NCBI RefSeq assembly: GCF_004010195.1
Contig: NC_057718.1
Coordinates: 92,490,540 to 92,554,539 of the forward strand
DNA from: Chiloscyllium plagiosum
Lineage: Eukaryota
Direction of reading: 5' to 3'
Length of the DNA: 64,000 nt
Within the stretch, counting starts at the first letter, position 1. Each line of letters opens with the position of its first letter. This document shows positions 24,925 to 36,247 of this stretch, piece after piece. The notes under the pieces are model-generated. The model did no database searches. It had not been told where the DNA came from and worked only from the letters and a program-made list of their open reading frames with translations. Both the position numbers and the translations under genes were made by a program.

Positions 24925-25074
24925 TTTCAGTCAAGGTTTTGACAAATGGCCCCAAATTGAAATTATTAAGCTTTCTTTCAAGTTATAGGTATTTCACCTA
25001 AGCCCAAAAACTCCAGAAAATCGATTTGAAAGTCTAATGCATTACACAGTTTACTTTTTTTACTCTTAACTTTT

Positions 25075-25278
25075 CAGCGTGGGAAAAGTTTAAGTCGTGT
25101 AATGCACTGCCTGGAAATGTGTGGAGGCAAGTTCAATTGAGGCATTCAGAGGACATTGGATCGAAATAGTGTGCGAGAATATGGGGAAAAGGCAGGAGAT
25201 TCGCACTATTTAATAGAACTGGTACAGGCACAATGGGCCAAATGCTCTCCTCCGGGCCATAACAATTCTGTGATTCTG
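25075..25278 (+). mobile_element. CR1 3' end
   Basis: AATGCACTGCCTGGAAATGTGTGGAGGCAAG...GGGCCAAATG...AATTCTGTGATTCTG. Confidence 0.7.
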
Positions 25279-25934
25279 ACCCCGTTACTCTCCAGGACGT
25301 TTCTCTCTAATTTCACCTTTTCAAATAGATCACCATAGCTATAGAAAAAGTTAAAAGTTGATCATCATACCCCTGCAGGCACACAGAAAACCCATATACC
25401 TCTAGTTCAGAATTCAAAAATCCAAAAATAAATGATATTAAATTATACATAAATCACCCACTCTCACTACATTGTGCAACATAGTTCTGGGATTAGACAT
25501 TATTTGACCAGAAAAGGAAAATGGTAGTAGGTAATTAAAAATAAAGAATAGCATTGAACTTATTCCAGTCGGATAAAGTATCCACTTAAGTGGCAAGGTA
25601 ATGTATAACTGTGGCTCAAGATTTTCAGTGTGTTAAAATTTACAGCAGAGTCTTTAAGATAGTGCAAGACTTTATAGTACAAATTGCCTATAAATTATAG
25701 TTAGTCAATGTTTGTTTGACTAAAACTTGAAATCTTCTATTTGCTGTCACTCACCGGAAATTCAAATGTCTTTTAAAGGTTTGTGGTACTTACAGGAATT
25801 GTAGCAAATGTCTCTTAACTATTTCTAAACAAGAAATAGTTGTGACTGATGAAAAACTGCAATGTCTTGCACATTGGAAGAAAAGCAGAAACAACCTGGG
25901 GGAGAAACAAAAGCAACCTGAAATTCTTGTAGTG

Positions 25935-26175
25935 TTATCACTGAACTATTAATTAATCTAGAGACCCCAGGTTCATGTTCTGAGGATCCTGATTTGAATT
26001 CCGCAATGGAATTGTCGATGGTTGGAAAAACCAATTGGTTCACTCCTATCTGTTATGGAAGCAGACTGCCATCCTTACTTGGTCTGTGATTCCAGACCCA
26101 CAACAATGTCGTTGACAAGAAGGGAGATGCACTAAATGCTGGCCTGGCTAGCAACACCCACATCCTGTGAATAAA
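25935..26175 (+). mobile_element. tRNA-derived SINE with LINE-derived tail
   Basis: B-box-like GATTTGAATTCC; tail AAATGCTGGCCTGGCTAGCAACACCCACATCCTGTGAAT resembles the old LINE 3' end. Confidence 0.55.
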
Positions 26176-26459
26176 ACAAGAAAAAAAACTCTCCGGCATT
26201 GATTGAGCTAAAAGGAGATTGAAATTTATTTGGATATATTAGAAAACTAAAATATATGCAGACATTTCAGAGCAGAAATTAACAAAGCAAGCAAAGTGCT
26301 GAACCAAATCAATATTAAAAGTAAAGAATTCCCAAAGGAAGAGCCCTGAAATAAAGTGCTGAAGAAATTCAGCAGGTCTGTCAGAAACTGTAGAGAGAAA
26401 ACATATCGAGTCCAGTGATCCTTTGCAGGAGTCCTAGTGAATCTGTTTATCAATGTTTG

Positions 26460-27050
26460 TTTTTTCTGTATAATTTGTGTGATGTTAGTATCACTGGCAG
26501 GATGAATGTTTGCTGCCTCTCTGTAATTGCCGGCGAGAAGGTGGTGGTGAGCTATCTTGAATCTCTTCAGTCTATTTTGTTTAGTTATACCCACACTGTT
26601 ATGAGTGAATCATCTCCTGGTTTTTACTGATTAACAGTGTAAGAATGGAGATGCAGTTGACAAGATATAGGGCATCTCGCAGATGGTATATGTGGCTACC
26701 ACTGTGTGCCACAAGTAGTGGGGGTGAATATGAAAGATGGTAAATGGGGCACTGATCAAGTGAGCTGCTTTGTGTTGAATGAAACTATTGGTTGGTCAGT
26801 CTGCACTCACCTAAGCAAGTGAGAAGAATTCTAGCACACTGCAGAATTGTACCTTGGTATTAGAGGAAGGTTTGGAAGTGAGTTACCACAGAATTCCCAG
26901 CCTATGACTTTTTCTTATAATCAAAGTATTTATATGGTTGGTTCAATTAAATTTTGTTCATAGTAACTCCTTGGAAATTCAACAATATTAGTCGATTCTT
27001 TCCTCTTGGAATTGATCATTGCTTGACTCTTGTTTGGCAGAAATGTTGAT
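26460..27050 (-). mobile_element. Old CR1/L2-superfamily LINE 3' fragment
   Basis: Similar to 8215-9250 (GAGAAGGTGGTGGTGAGC; GATCAAGTGAGCTGCTTTGT; GCACTCACCTAAGCAAGTG). Confidence 0.55.
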
Positions 27051-27114
27051 CCAATATTTCTTTATCTTTCTGTACAAGATTTAAATCTATTTTATACTTA
27101 GTTGGTTTAGTCTG

Positions 27115-28050
27115 AGGGTGCAATTTTACCCTCTCTAGAAGTAGCGAGAAGGGGAAATTAGATTAGATTAGATTAGATTAGATTAGATTACTTACAGTGT
27201 GGAAACAGGCCCTTCGGCCCAACAAGTCCACACCGACCCGCTGAAGCGCAACCCACCCATACCCCTACATTTACCCCTTTAACCTAACACTACGAGCAAT
27301 TTAGCATGGCCAATTCACCTGACCCGCACATCTTTGTGACTGTGGGAGGAAACTGGAGCACCCGGAGCAAACCCACGCAGACACGGGGAGAATGTGCAAA
27401 CTCCACACAGTCAGTCGCCTGAGTCGGGAAATGGTTGGGTAAGTTGGCCCTGGAGACATACTTGTCCCCTTTTCAACACCTCACCAATTGAGTGGTGGGC
27501 AGAAAGGTCCATTGGGGAATTTTTTTGACTTGCCATCAATTAAGGTTTTAAAGTGGTCAATTAACTGTCATTTAAGGGCCTAAACTCACTGTCTTCCCCA
27601 TTACCTGCCTTCCTGGTAGGTGAGCAACTTGCTTGGTTTTTCAATTGGCTAACTTGGCCAATGTACCTAGCAGTTTTGGAGGGCAATCAGAGGCATGGAT
27701 GTGGATGGCCTCTGAAAGCTGACTCCAACCCTGCAAAAATCGAAAGAAGAATGATTTATGCCTGTTAGATCCCCTGGAAAGTAGGCCTTGACCTACTTGA
27801 GTCTTGCAGCTTCAGGCAGCCTAAAACACCACTAAAACATTAAAGTGATTCACCAAGAAGCTCACCAGTTAGCGAGCTGATTGACATACATGATCCAGCG
27901 AGCTTTTTTATTGGCAAAGATGGAGAGTCCATTGACGCCTAATATGTCAGTCCCTAAAAAAAGAAAAGTCATAGGCTGTGTGTTTCAGCACATTCTTCAA
28001 TTTGCCCTGCCCTCTCACATCACCGATTCAGTTTAGAAAATGCTATGTCA
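27115..28050. mobile_element. Possible non-autonomous Harbinger-type element interrupted by an HE1 SINE
   Basis: GGGTGCAATTTTACC TIR-like start; internal CAATTAAGG...CAATTAACTGTCATTTAAGGG motif also resembles ~16800-16840; family assignment is from memory only. Confidence 0.35.
27157..27430 (-). mobile_element. HE1-type V-SINE, 5'-truncated, with (TCTAA)n tail
   Basis: (ATTAG)n run 27157-27190; central GTGTGGAGTTTGCACATTCTCCCCGTGTCTGCGTGGG domain on the reverse complement. Confidence 0.9.
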
Positions 28051-28169
28051 GGTAAGGATGCTCAACAACAATAAGTCTCTGCTCAAAACCCTGCAAGTGC
28101 TGCTGCCGATATTTTATTTTTCACAAGGCATAACATGAAATGATATCATGTCAAACACTATTTATATTT

Positions 28170-28325
28170 GAAATAAAAACAGAAACAAATTGCTAGAAGA
28201 ACTCAGCATGTCTGGCAGTATCTGTGGAAAGAAAGCAAAGTCAACATTTTTGGTCCAACGACTGCAGTTTCAGCAGTTTCTGGCTTTGTTTCAGATTTCA
28301 GCATCTGTAGTTTTGTTTTATTTTC
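28170..28325. mobile_element. Penelope-derived foldback remnant (older family)
   Basis: Left arm TGAAATAAAAACAGAAA..TTGCTAGAAGAACTCAGC; right arm CAGCAGTTTCTGGCTTTGTTTCAGATTTCAGCATCTGTAG. Confidence 0.65.
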
Positions 28326-28399
28326 TACTTAAATCTCATATGCAACTAGCATCATCTCAACACATTTATGATATGGTTCCCTACACTTTCAGTTTTGGC

Positions 28400-28665
28400 C
28401 TCTTATGAATCCATTCCACCATTAGTGAATGCGTCTTTAGCTACATCTACCCCCAAGCTCAGGAATTCCATTTCCGGTCTACTTTACCTCTTTGCTGTGT
28501 TCTCCTCTTTTTAAGAGGCTTTCAAACAATCTACTTGTTTGAACAAAAATTTGGTAATCTATCCAAATACCAGCTTATGTGGCTTGGTGTTAATTTTGTT
28601 TCATAATATTCCTGAGAAGCAGCTTGGGAAATTTTAGTATCGTGAAAGAAGAAGTTGTTTTGTTG
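28400..28665 (+). mobile_element. L2-type 3' tail remnant
   Basis: CCAAGCTCAGGAATTCC...CCTGAGAAGCAGCTTGGGA...AAGTTGTTTTGTTG, resembling L2/L2-dependent SINE ends. Confidence 0.45.
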
Positions 28666-29726
28666 CTTACTGAATGAATCCTGTTCTGCTACCGATTTTA
28701 GATAAAAGCAGTAAGAACTTTCCTACAATCATAACTTACCAGAAGTATTGAAAATAGACAATTTGTTGTTCCTGTTTTCTGATACCTGAACCAGGTACAC
28801 AATCAAAATAAATGCTGTCTAGTGCAGTTGGTGCTGCAGCAGCTAAACTGTGCATCTGCAGCAAACAAAAGATCAAAACATTTCTGATGTGTTTGACATT
28901 TCAGAAGGCTAGCGATGCGGTAGACAGACAATCGGTCATTTGTCAGTGATGCTGAATCCAGTCTGCATATGCATCAAGCCAGATCAAAGCTTGCTCAGGG
29001 GCACATATTTACATAGTTATATTACTGATACTATGGGAACCCAGCAACCTTATTCTGAGAACACTTGTGTAAATGAGAATCCTTTGAAAATCCTTGAAAT
29101 TATTAGAAGTCAGTTGCGTTTCATGGCTTTTTGTCTGTGTGTAAAGGCTCTTCAAAATACATTTTACTTTTTAATCAAGGAAAATACCATTTAAAAAAAT
29201 GTTTTTAATCCCTCACCCTCACGTAAACCCAAGATTTGGGGGGATTATGACATAGGCCTTCATTGTCTACCAGTTTCTCAAATGAGGAACTTTATAATGT
29301 TTCAAATCAATGTTAACTTAATTTCATAAATTCAATGAGATGTGCACAACTGTGAATTATACATACATGCTAATGTAAAGATGAGTTAGCTACCTCAATA
29401 ACAAAACAAATTACATTATGTTATTAAAGAGCCTTTACACAGTTTAGCTTTCTTCAGAAAATATTTGTGTTAGTGTAATGTTGCTGCTCAAGATTATATC
29501 TGTCTACATAAAGAATCAATCAGTCTTATTGAATTGTGAGATAAAATAAACCAACATTCAAACATCAACCATAGGTCAATGGTGACTCCTCTTTACAAAT
29601 GAATGTTACTATTTTCCCATTATATGAGAAATTTTCAATAATACATATTTGTATTTCTTGCCTGTTGTGTGTATATTCAAGATTTTAATCACAAATTAAT
29701 TTCGTTATATTAATCACTTCTATTTT

Positions 29727-29793
29727 CTTAAACAATTCTGCTTAAACAATTCTGCTTAAACAATTCTGCTTTAACAATTCTGCTTTAACAATT
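29727..29793. repeat. 14-bp minisatellite, ~4.8 copies
   Basis: CTTAAACAATTCTG x3, then CTTTAACAATTCTG x1.8. Confidence 0.95.
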
Positions 29794-30142
29794 GTCATTG
29801 ACTTTGAATTTATATTAGTACCGACAGTTAAGAATGAAAGATTAGTTGACCCATGCATACTTTTTATAATTAACTTATAAGCTCCTAATCACTCGGTGGT
29901 GTACTCCAGCACCGAATAGAGAGATTTCAATTTTAAATGTTCGGTATGACTTGAGTTAGCAAATTTCAGTTGGAATAATTGCTGATAACTACAATTAGTT
30001 TGTATATATGGATAGTGGATGAAGCTCTGATTGGATTTGGTAGTGATGGCCCATTATTCAATAACTGTCTGATACTCACCATCCGGACTATCATGACAAA
30101 TGTAAAATTGGATCAAATGCTAACACACTCTAAACTATGCCT

Positions 30143-30439
30143 CACTGCTGCCTCACAGCACCAGAGACCCGGGTTCAATTCCCGCCTCAGGCAACTGTCT
30201 GTGTGGAGTTTGCACATTCTCCCTATTTCTGCGTGGGTTTTCTCTGAGTGCTCCGGTTTTCTCCCACAGTCCAAAAAAAATGTGCAGGTTAGGTGAATTG
30301 GCAATGCTAAATTGCCCGTAGAGTTAGGTGAAGGAGTAAATGTAGAGGAATGGGTCTGGGTGGGTTGCTCTTCGGAGGGTCGGTGTGGACTAATTGGGCC
30401 GAAGGGCCTGTTTCCATACTGTAGGTAATCTACTCTAAT
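30143..30439 (+). mobile_element. HE1-type V-SINE
   Basis: B box GGTTCAATTCCC, V-domain, CR1-like tail GGGCCGAAGGGCCTGTTTCC, TAATCTA end. Confidence 0.9.
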
Positions 30440-30524
30440 TAATTAATGCTTTGAGGAGATGGAGTAGAGTAATGAAGCCCGTGGAAGTGTTTAAATCATT
30501 ATAAAATAGTATTAAGGTAAAAGG

Positions 30525-31060
30525 TCAGAGCAGGCCATTTTCCCTCAACCTGATGCACCATTTGATATCATAGCTAGTTTTCTACCTCCAGTTCTACCCT
30601 CCAGCACTTTCCCCATATTCCTTATTGCTGAAAATGTGTTGCTGGAAAAGCGCAGCAGCACATTCCAGCAACACATTTTCAGCTCTGATCTCCAGCATCT
30701 GTAGTCCTCACTTTCTCCATATTCCTTATTGCCCTTACAACCAAAATCTCTGTTGATTTTTATCTTGGATATGTTCAGTGAGTGGGCATCCACAGCCTTA
30801 TGGACAGAGAATTCTTAAAATTCACAACCTTTTCTTTTCTTAGCCCTCAACAGTTAATCCTTTATTTTCTGAGATTGTGACCACCAACCCATGAAATATC
30901 ATTTTAGGAACTAAGCTCTTAAGAATTTTCAGCCTCAACAGGATCACCTTGATTCTTCTAAATTTTGGAGAACATAGAACCAGACTACTGAATATCTCTT
31001 TCTTAGTCAGTCCTGTCATCCCTGCAATCAGGCAGGTGTACATTTGGTGCATTTCCTGTA
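30525..31060 (-). mobile_element. CR1 3' fragment (degenerate)
   Basis: Reverse translation includes IAGMTGL..KE....LVLCSPKFRRIK; CR1 tail near 30530. Confidence 0.7.
30629..30716. mobile_element. 88-bp Penelope-derived foldback micro-insertion
   Basis: TSD CCATATTCCTTATTGC at 30613-30628 and 30717-30732; arms TGAAAATGTGTTGCTGGAA / TTCCAGCAACACATTTTCA plus PLE tail. Confidence 0.88.
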
Positions 31061-31274
31061 TACAGAGATGCCAGGTGTAACCTAACCAACAACAAATACA
31101 ATTACAGTCAGATATTTTGTCCAATTTTTAATACTTAAGATTAAGAAGGAAGTCAATGCTTGGGAATGGAATGTTTTAACACATTGCTTCTTGTGTTGAG
31201 ACAAATAAAACTTGACCAAATATAACTTGAAGAGTAAAACAGCTCTGTGCCAAAAATATGCCTTATAATAATAC

Positions 31275-32150
31275 TAGGAGAAAGTGAGGACTGCAGATGC
31301 TGGAGCTCAGAGACGAGAGTGGGAAAGCACAGCAAGTCAGGCAGCATCTGAAGAACAGGGCCAGGGCTGAGACTTAAATGGGAGGGAGGTGGGGTGGGTA
31401 GCTGGTAAAGCGATAGGTGGATGAAAGTGAGGGAGAAAGTGATAGGGCAGATGGGGGAGTGATGGACAGGTCCAGAGGGCGGTGGCAAGTTGGAGGCTTG
31501 GGATTGGGATAATGTGGGGAGAGGGGAAATGAGGAAACTGTTGAAATCCACATTTATCCCATGTGATTGCATGGTCCCAAGGCGGAATATGAGGCATTCC
31601 TCCTCCAGGCGTTGGGTGGTAATGGTTTGGTGGTGCAGGAGGCCCAAGACCTGCATGTCCTTGACAGAGTGGGAGGGGGAATTGAAGTGTTCAGCCATGG
31701 GGCAGTGGGGTTGGTGGGTGTGGGTGTCCCAGAGATGTACTCTGAAACGATCGCAAGGTGTCCTGCCTCCCTAATGTAGAGGAGACCACACCGAGTGCAA
31801 TAGATGCAGTAGATGACATTGGTAGAGGTACAGATAAATTTCTGATTGAAGTGGAAGGATCCCTTGGGGCCTTGGATGGATGTGAGGGGGGTGGTGTGGG
31901 TGCAGGTTTTGCATTTCCTGCGGCAGCAACTTCCCTTCCCATGTGGTTGACGAACCCTCCAGCGCATCTCCTCCACTTCACGCACCACTGCCCTTGAACC
32001 CCACCCCTCCCAATGGAACATGGACAGATACCTCCCGATCCTCACCTTGCCCCCCACCAACCTCTGCATATATCGCATCATCCTCCGCCACTTCTGCCAC
32101 CTGCAAATGGACCCCACCACCAAAGGTATATTTCCCTCCCTAACCCTATC
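31275..32150. mobile_element. Penelope-like element: - strand GIY-YIG/pLTR (31275-~31928) joined to a + strand upstream-ORF piece (~31929-32150)
   Basis: CKTCTH...FICTSTNVIYCIYCTRCGLLYIREAG and AEHFNSPSHS...RLEEECLIFRLGT on -; IILRHFCHLQMDPTTKGIFP on +. Confidence 0.88.
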
Positions 32151-32154
32151 ATTT

Positions 32155-32645
32155 CTCAAAATGCAGCACCTCACATTTATCTAAATTAAACTCCATCTGC
32201 CACTCCTCAGCCCATTGACCCATCTGATCAAGATCCCGTTGTAATCTGAGGTAACCTTCTTTGCTGCCCACTACACCTCCAGCTTTGGTGTCATTTGTAT
32301 GCTTACTAACTATGTTCACATCCAAGTCATTTATCTAAATGACGAAAAGTAGTGGTCCAAGCACCTTGTGGCATTTCTTTGGTCACCGACTTCCAGTCTG
32401 AAAAACAACCCTCCACCACCCTCTGTCTTCTACCTTCGAGTCAGTTCTGTATCCAAAAGGCTAATTCTTCCTGTATTCCATGAGATCTAACCTTGCAAAC
32501 CAGTCTCCCACGGGGAACCTTGTTGAATGCCTTACTGAAGTCCATATGGATCACATCTACTGCTCTGCCCTCATCAATTCTCTTTGTTACTTTTTCAAAA
32601 AACTCAATCAAATTCGTGAGACATGATTTCTAACGCACAAAGTGG
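32155..32645 (-). mobile_element. CR1 RT fragment
   Basis: Reverse translation NLIEFFEKVTKRIDEGRAVDVIHMDFSKAFNKVPRGRL. Confidence 0.85.
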
Positions 32646-33494
32646 TCTATCTTAATACATTAAATGCTGTATTGATACTTGTTTTGCAAATATAGCATTC
32701 TGACGTGGTCTCCTATCAAGTAAATACGCAAAACCTTAAGTAAACTTGTTCTTTAGGCCTGAAGTTTTTAAATGTTGAAAATCTATTTTCTTTTTCAATT
32801 GTAAGTAGTAGCTAAAAAATTATCATTATTTTCCAATTTTGCTTAGTGACATCGATGTATGTAAAACACTGATACACCCTTCATATAAGAAGATTTAAGA
32901 CTGACATTTTGGTGCCAAGTTTCCACTTGATTCTGGTTTTTATACCAGCACAACTTAGGTAAATTAGTCAATATGGTAGCAGAATTTCAGCATGAGTGCA
33001 TCCTAAACCATACTTGTGTTTATAAAATGCTGAAACAGTTTCAATTCACCTAAATCGGACTCTGTACCCAATTTTAATGCCTTCAGAGATTGCAAGATTG
33101 TACCACTGACTTTCAAATTGTGCTGGTTTTCTTAAGTTTAATTGGCTAAGAAGCTCACTTTGCTCTGATGAAACTATTAAGTTGCTCATTTTTAAGTTAT
33201 TTATGTTAAATCAGGTTTCTCACAGGAAGACAGGACAGCTTTATTAATAATGCTGATTTTGATGATAAGCCCTCGTTTAGCCACATTAACAACACCCAAG
33301 CTCAGAATTTACATTCATGATCCAGTTGATACTCAAATTTGCATCCTTTCTCTTCTCTTGCACCTTCCTCACCCTCACCTCCTAATTTCCTTTGTCAAAT
33401 AAGTCAGTTCAATGATGTGTCGGTATGCAGAATGTTGGTGTATAGAGGTATTGTTTTTACATTTGTTAAATGCTGCCTTATTTAATTTTAACAG

Positions 33495-33538
33495 GGACAG
33501 AAGCAAAAAAGAGAGGATTAATCCTGTAAAATCAAAAG
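33495..33538 (+). CDS. KIZ: Kizuna centrosomal protein, penultimate coding exon (44 nt)
   Basis: TTTAATTTTAACAG acceptor and AAG|GTAAGC donor; only one open frame, (R)DRSKKERINPVKSK; the terminal G joins CT of the next exon to give Ala in frame; resembles recalled human RHENKKKPVINLKSN. Confidence 0.82.
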
Positions 33539-34749
33539 GTAAGCTTGAGTTGCAAGACAGAAACCAAGAAATTAAAAAAAGCTGTTCATTCTTTCAGCAT
33601 AAGGAATTGCTTCAGATCAGTTACCTGTTCCTTTTCACTGTACACAGTCCCTGCAATATCTAAAATTAATCTGGTTTCCTTTTGAAGAGTTCAATGGAAT
33701 GAATATTTACTACGAAGATTGTAGTTTACTCCACAAATCAATGATCAGCCCAGAGAATGTTTTTATTTCAAAAATGTACTTTACTTATAAAAATATCTTT
33801 ATGTATATTTCGTCATGTTATTCCGAAGGCTAAGTTTGCCTCAGAACAAAATTCTCAGGTTCTACTTTGTTGTCTAACTCTCCAAATCAATGTTGTTATT
33901 TTAGCAAATGTATGTCTTTTGTAAGACTTAGTCTCTGCTGTCCTTAATTGTTTCTATTTTGCTGATGTTTCACATTCACCAAGACCGGGGACATAGAGCT
34001 AGGAACAGTGTGGTTTAGTTGTCTGAGGACAGTAACATCATTTGATGTGCCATTTGTTGCAATTGCCCACCACCATTACTTATTTCTCTAATAACATTAA
34101 AATAATTAACAGTATACATTAAAGAGCAAGTGATAATAACAATTGAACATTAAATATCAACTGCTACCAATACTCAAAACATTTACTGTTTTACTGAAGT
34201 TGGCTTAATGGGTTTGTTTCAGTGACACTGACTGTTCTCCAATGTCTTGTTCCGGCGGCAGTTCTTTTTTGTCGGTCACTGAATGTTAGCAACTCTTCAA
34301 CCAATTAGGGCATGAAAATCATGATCACTTCTAAACTCATCCTAATTCCACCCCCACTATTTGCAAAATCTATATATCTGTTTTTAGCCCAACAGATTAC
34401 AACTTGGAATGAAGCAGTTATCTTTATTTTTGCTTCTCTGTATCAATGTGTCTAAGCCCAATCAAACTGCCCACGCTGCTGTTGCTCAACAAAGTGTAAG
34501 GATTGATTCTGGTAAATTGGTATGGCTTAAGTCAACAGCAAGCAAGCTATTGGGGAGCATCTTAAAATATATCGAGAGATTTCATTTCCAAGGCTACACT
34601 TAATAGCTTAATAATATAAGCCTTTGGTTTTGTACTATTTTTCTGAAGCCATTGCCCCTGCATCTTACTGCAGACTGTTTGGTCTCACTAATATTTGTAT
34701 TATTCAGCTATTTCTTTGGACTTGTATACTATGAATTGATTCCCATATC

Positions 34750-35470
34750 CCAACATTTTACTTGCCTTCACAAGTAAAACTGGATGCTGCATCAAAATGT
34801 TTAGTGCTTATCAACAATGGCACCTAAACATTCAATTTCTCCAGGTGTTTAGCACTCATTGACACATTCGTGTTACTACTGTGTATTACCTTGCATACCT
34901 CTAATACGAAACTCAGCAAATTTTGTGATTTTACTCGACCCCAACGTAATGTATATATTTAAGATAAAAGGTAGCAGTCCTTGCATGGTGGAAACATCAT
35001 TGTTTACCATCTTCCAGTCTGAAAAGTATCAATTTACGACAACCTGCTTCCTTATGTATTTTCTTTTATCCAAGCTGATACTGTCCTCCTTTTCTGGGAG
35101 TCTTGGTTTTTGAATCAGCCTTTTAGGTTCCATATTTTCTAAGACTTCCTTAAAATTCATATAGATAACATCCACTGCCTTCCCATAATCTATTTTCTCC
35201 ATGATTTAATTCAACAATTCAGTTCCAGCAATTAAGCACAGTCTGCATTTCATAAAGCTTTATTGACTCTCTTTAATTAACGCATACCTTTCAAGTGCCT
35301 GTTGATATTTTTCTCCCCCCATTTATTGTTTTTAAAACCTTACATACCATGGCATTAAATTCACTGCCTGCAGTTACTAGGAATGTCCTGTGTCCATTTT
35401 TGAATAATTTTTACTACTCTCCCGAGCCCTGGCATCTCACCAAGCTCATCTTTAAATAGTTCTAATTTTC
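34750..35470 (-). mobile_element. Very old CR1 RT remnant
   Basis: Reverse complement shows degenerate GKAVDVIYMNFKEV and KFAEF-like motifs. Confidence 0.5.
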
Positions 35471-35505
35471 TTTGAATACATTGGCCATGATGAGTAATCC
35501 TCATT

Positions 35506-35826
35506 GGGCGACACGATAGAACAGTGGCAAGCACTGCTGCCTTACAGCGCCAGAGACCTGGGTTTAATTCCCGCCTCAGGTAACTGTCTGTGTGGAGTTT
35601 GCACATTCTCCCCATGTCTGCGTGGGTTTCCTCCAGGTGCTCCGGTTTCCTCCCACAATCCAAAGATGTGCAGGTCAGGTGAATTGGCCATGCTAAATTG
35701 CCTGTAGTGTTAGGTGAAGGGGTAAATGTAGGGGAATGGGTCTGCGTGGGTTGATCTTTGGAGGGTCAGAGTGGACTTGTTGGGCCGAAAGGCCTGTTTC
35801 CACACTGTAAGTAATCTAATCTAATC
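35506..35826 (+). mobile_element. HE1-type V-SINE, near full length
   Basis: tRNA-like head, V-domain, (TAATC)n tail; imperfect TSD GTAATCCTCATT / GTAATCCCAATT. Confidence 0.9.
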
Positions 35827-36228
35827 GTAATCCCAATTATTTCCCTAAATCGTTTATATTTTCTTCTTGATTGCTATCCCTCACTTTGGCTGAGTTGCAT
35901 TTCATTTTCTTGCAAAGCATTTGTGCAAAATATTCATTTAAATTTATGATGGGTGGTGCTGTCTTAAGTACCATAGCAGCTTACTGGCTTCTATTGCTTC
36001 CTCTAGCACTCGAATTTGACTTCAACACATATAGATGAGATAAAATAAATCAAATTTCTTTCCAGAAATTGCAAACTGAAATGCCTAGTTGGCCTGAAAT
36101 GAGTTTCCATTGGGCATAATTCTATAGTGTAGCGCTGATTGGACAGATTTATACAGATGAGCCGCCACAAAAAATGCTCACATCTTAAGTGGTGTGATTA
36201 TACACTATGGGATAGTTAATGCACATTG

Positions 36229-36247
36229 TTAGCGCCATCTGGAGGAA
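36229..36247 (-). promoter_or_regulatory. Candidate CTCF binding site
   Basis: TTCCTCCAGATGGCGCTAA closely matches the CTCF core CCASYAGRKGGCRS in non-repetitive sequence, with its CpG retained. Confidence 0.55.

Noticed and set aside
28740..28785. Possible 46-nt minus-strand exon (TTCAG...CTG|GTAAGT)
   Set aside because: Weak polypyrimidine tract, no recognisable peptide, no partner exons, antisense to KIZ
29727..29793. CRISPR-like array
   Set aside because: Contiguous tandem units with no spacers, in eukaryotic DNA
35506..35580. tRNA-like sequence (also at ~30143, ~52020, ~60767, ~45000)
   Set aside because: These are SINE heads continuing into SINE bodies; no complete cloverleaf
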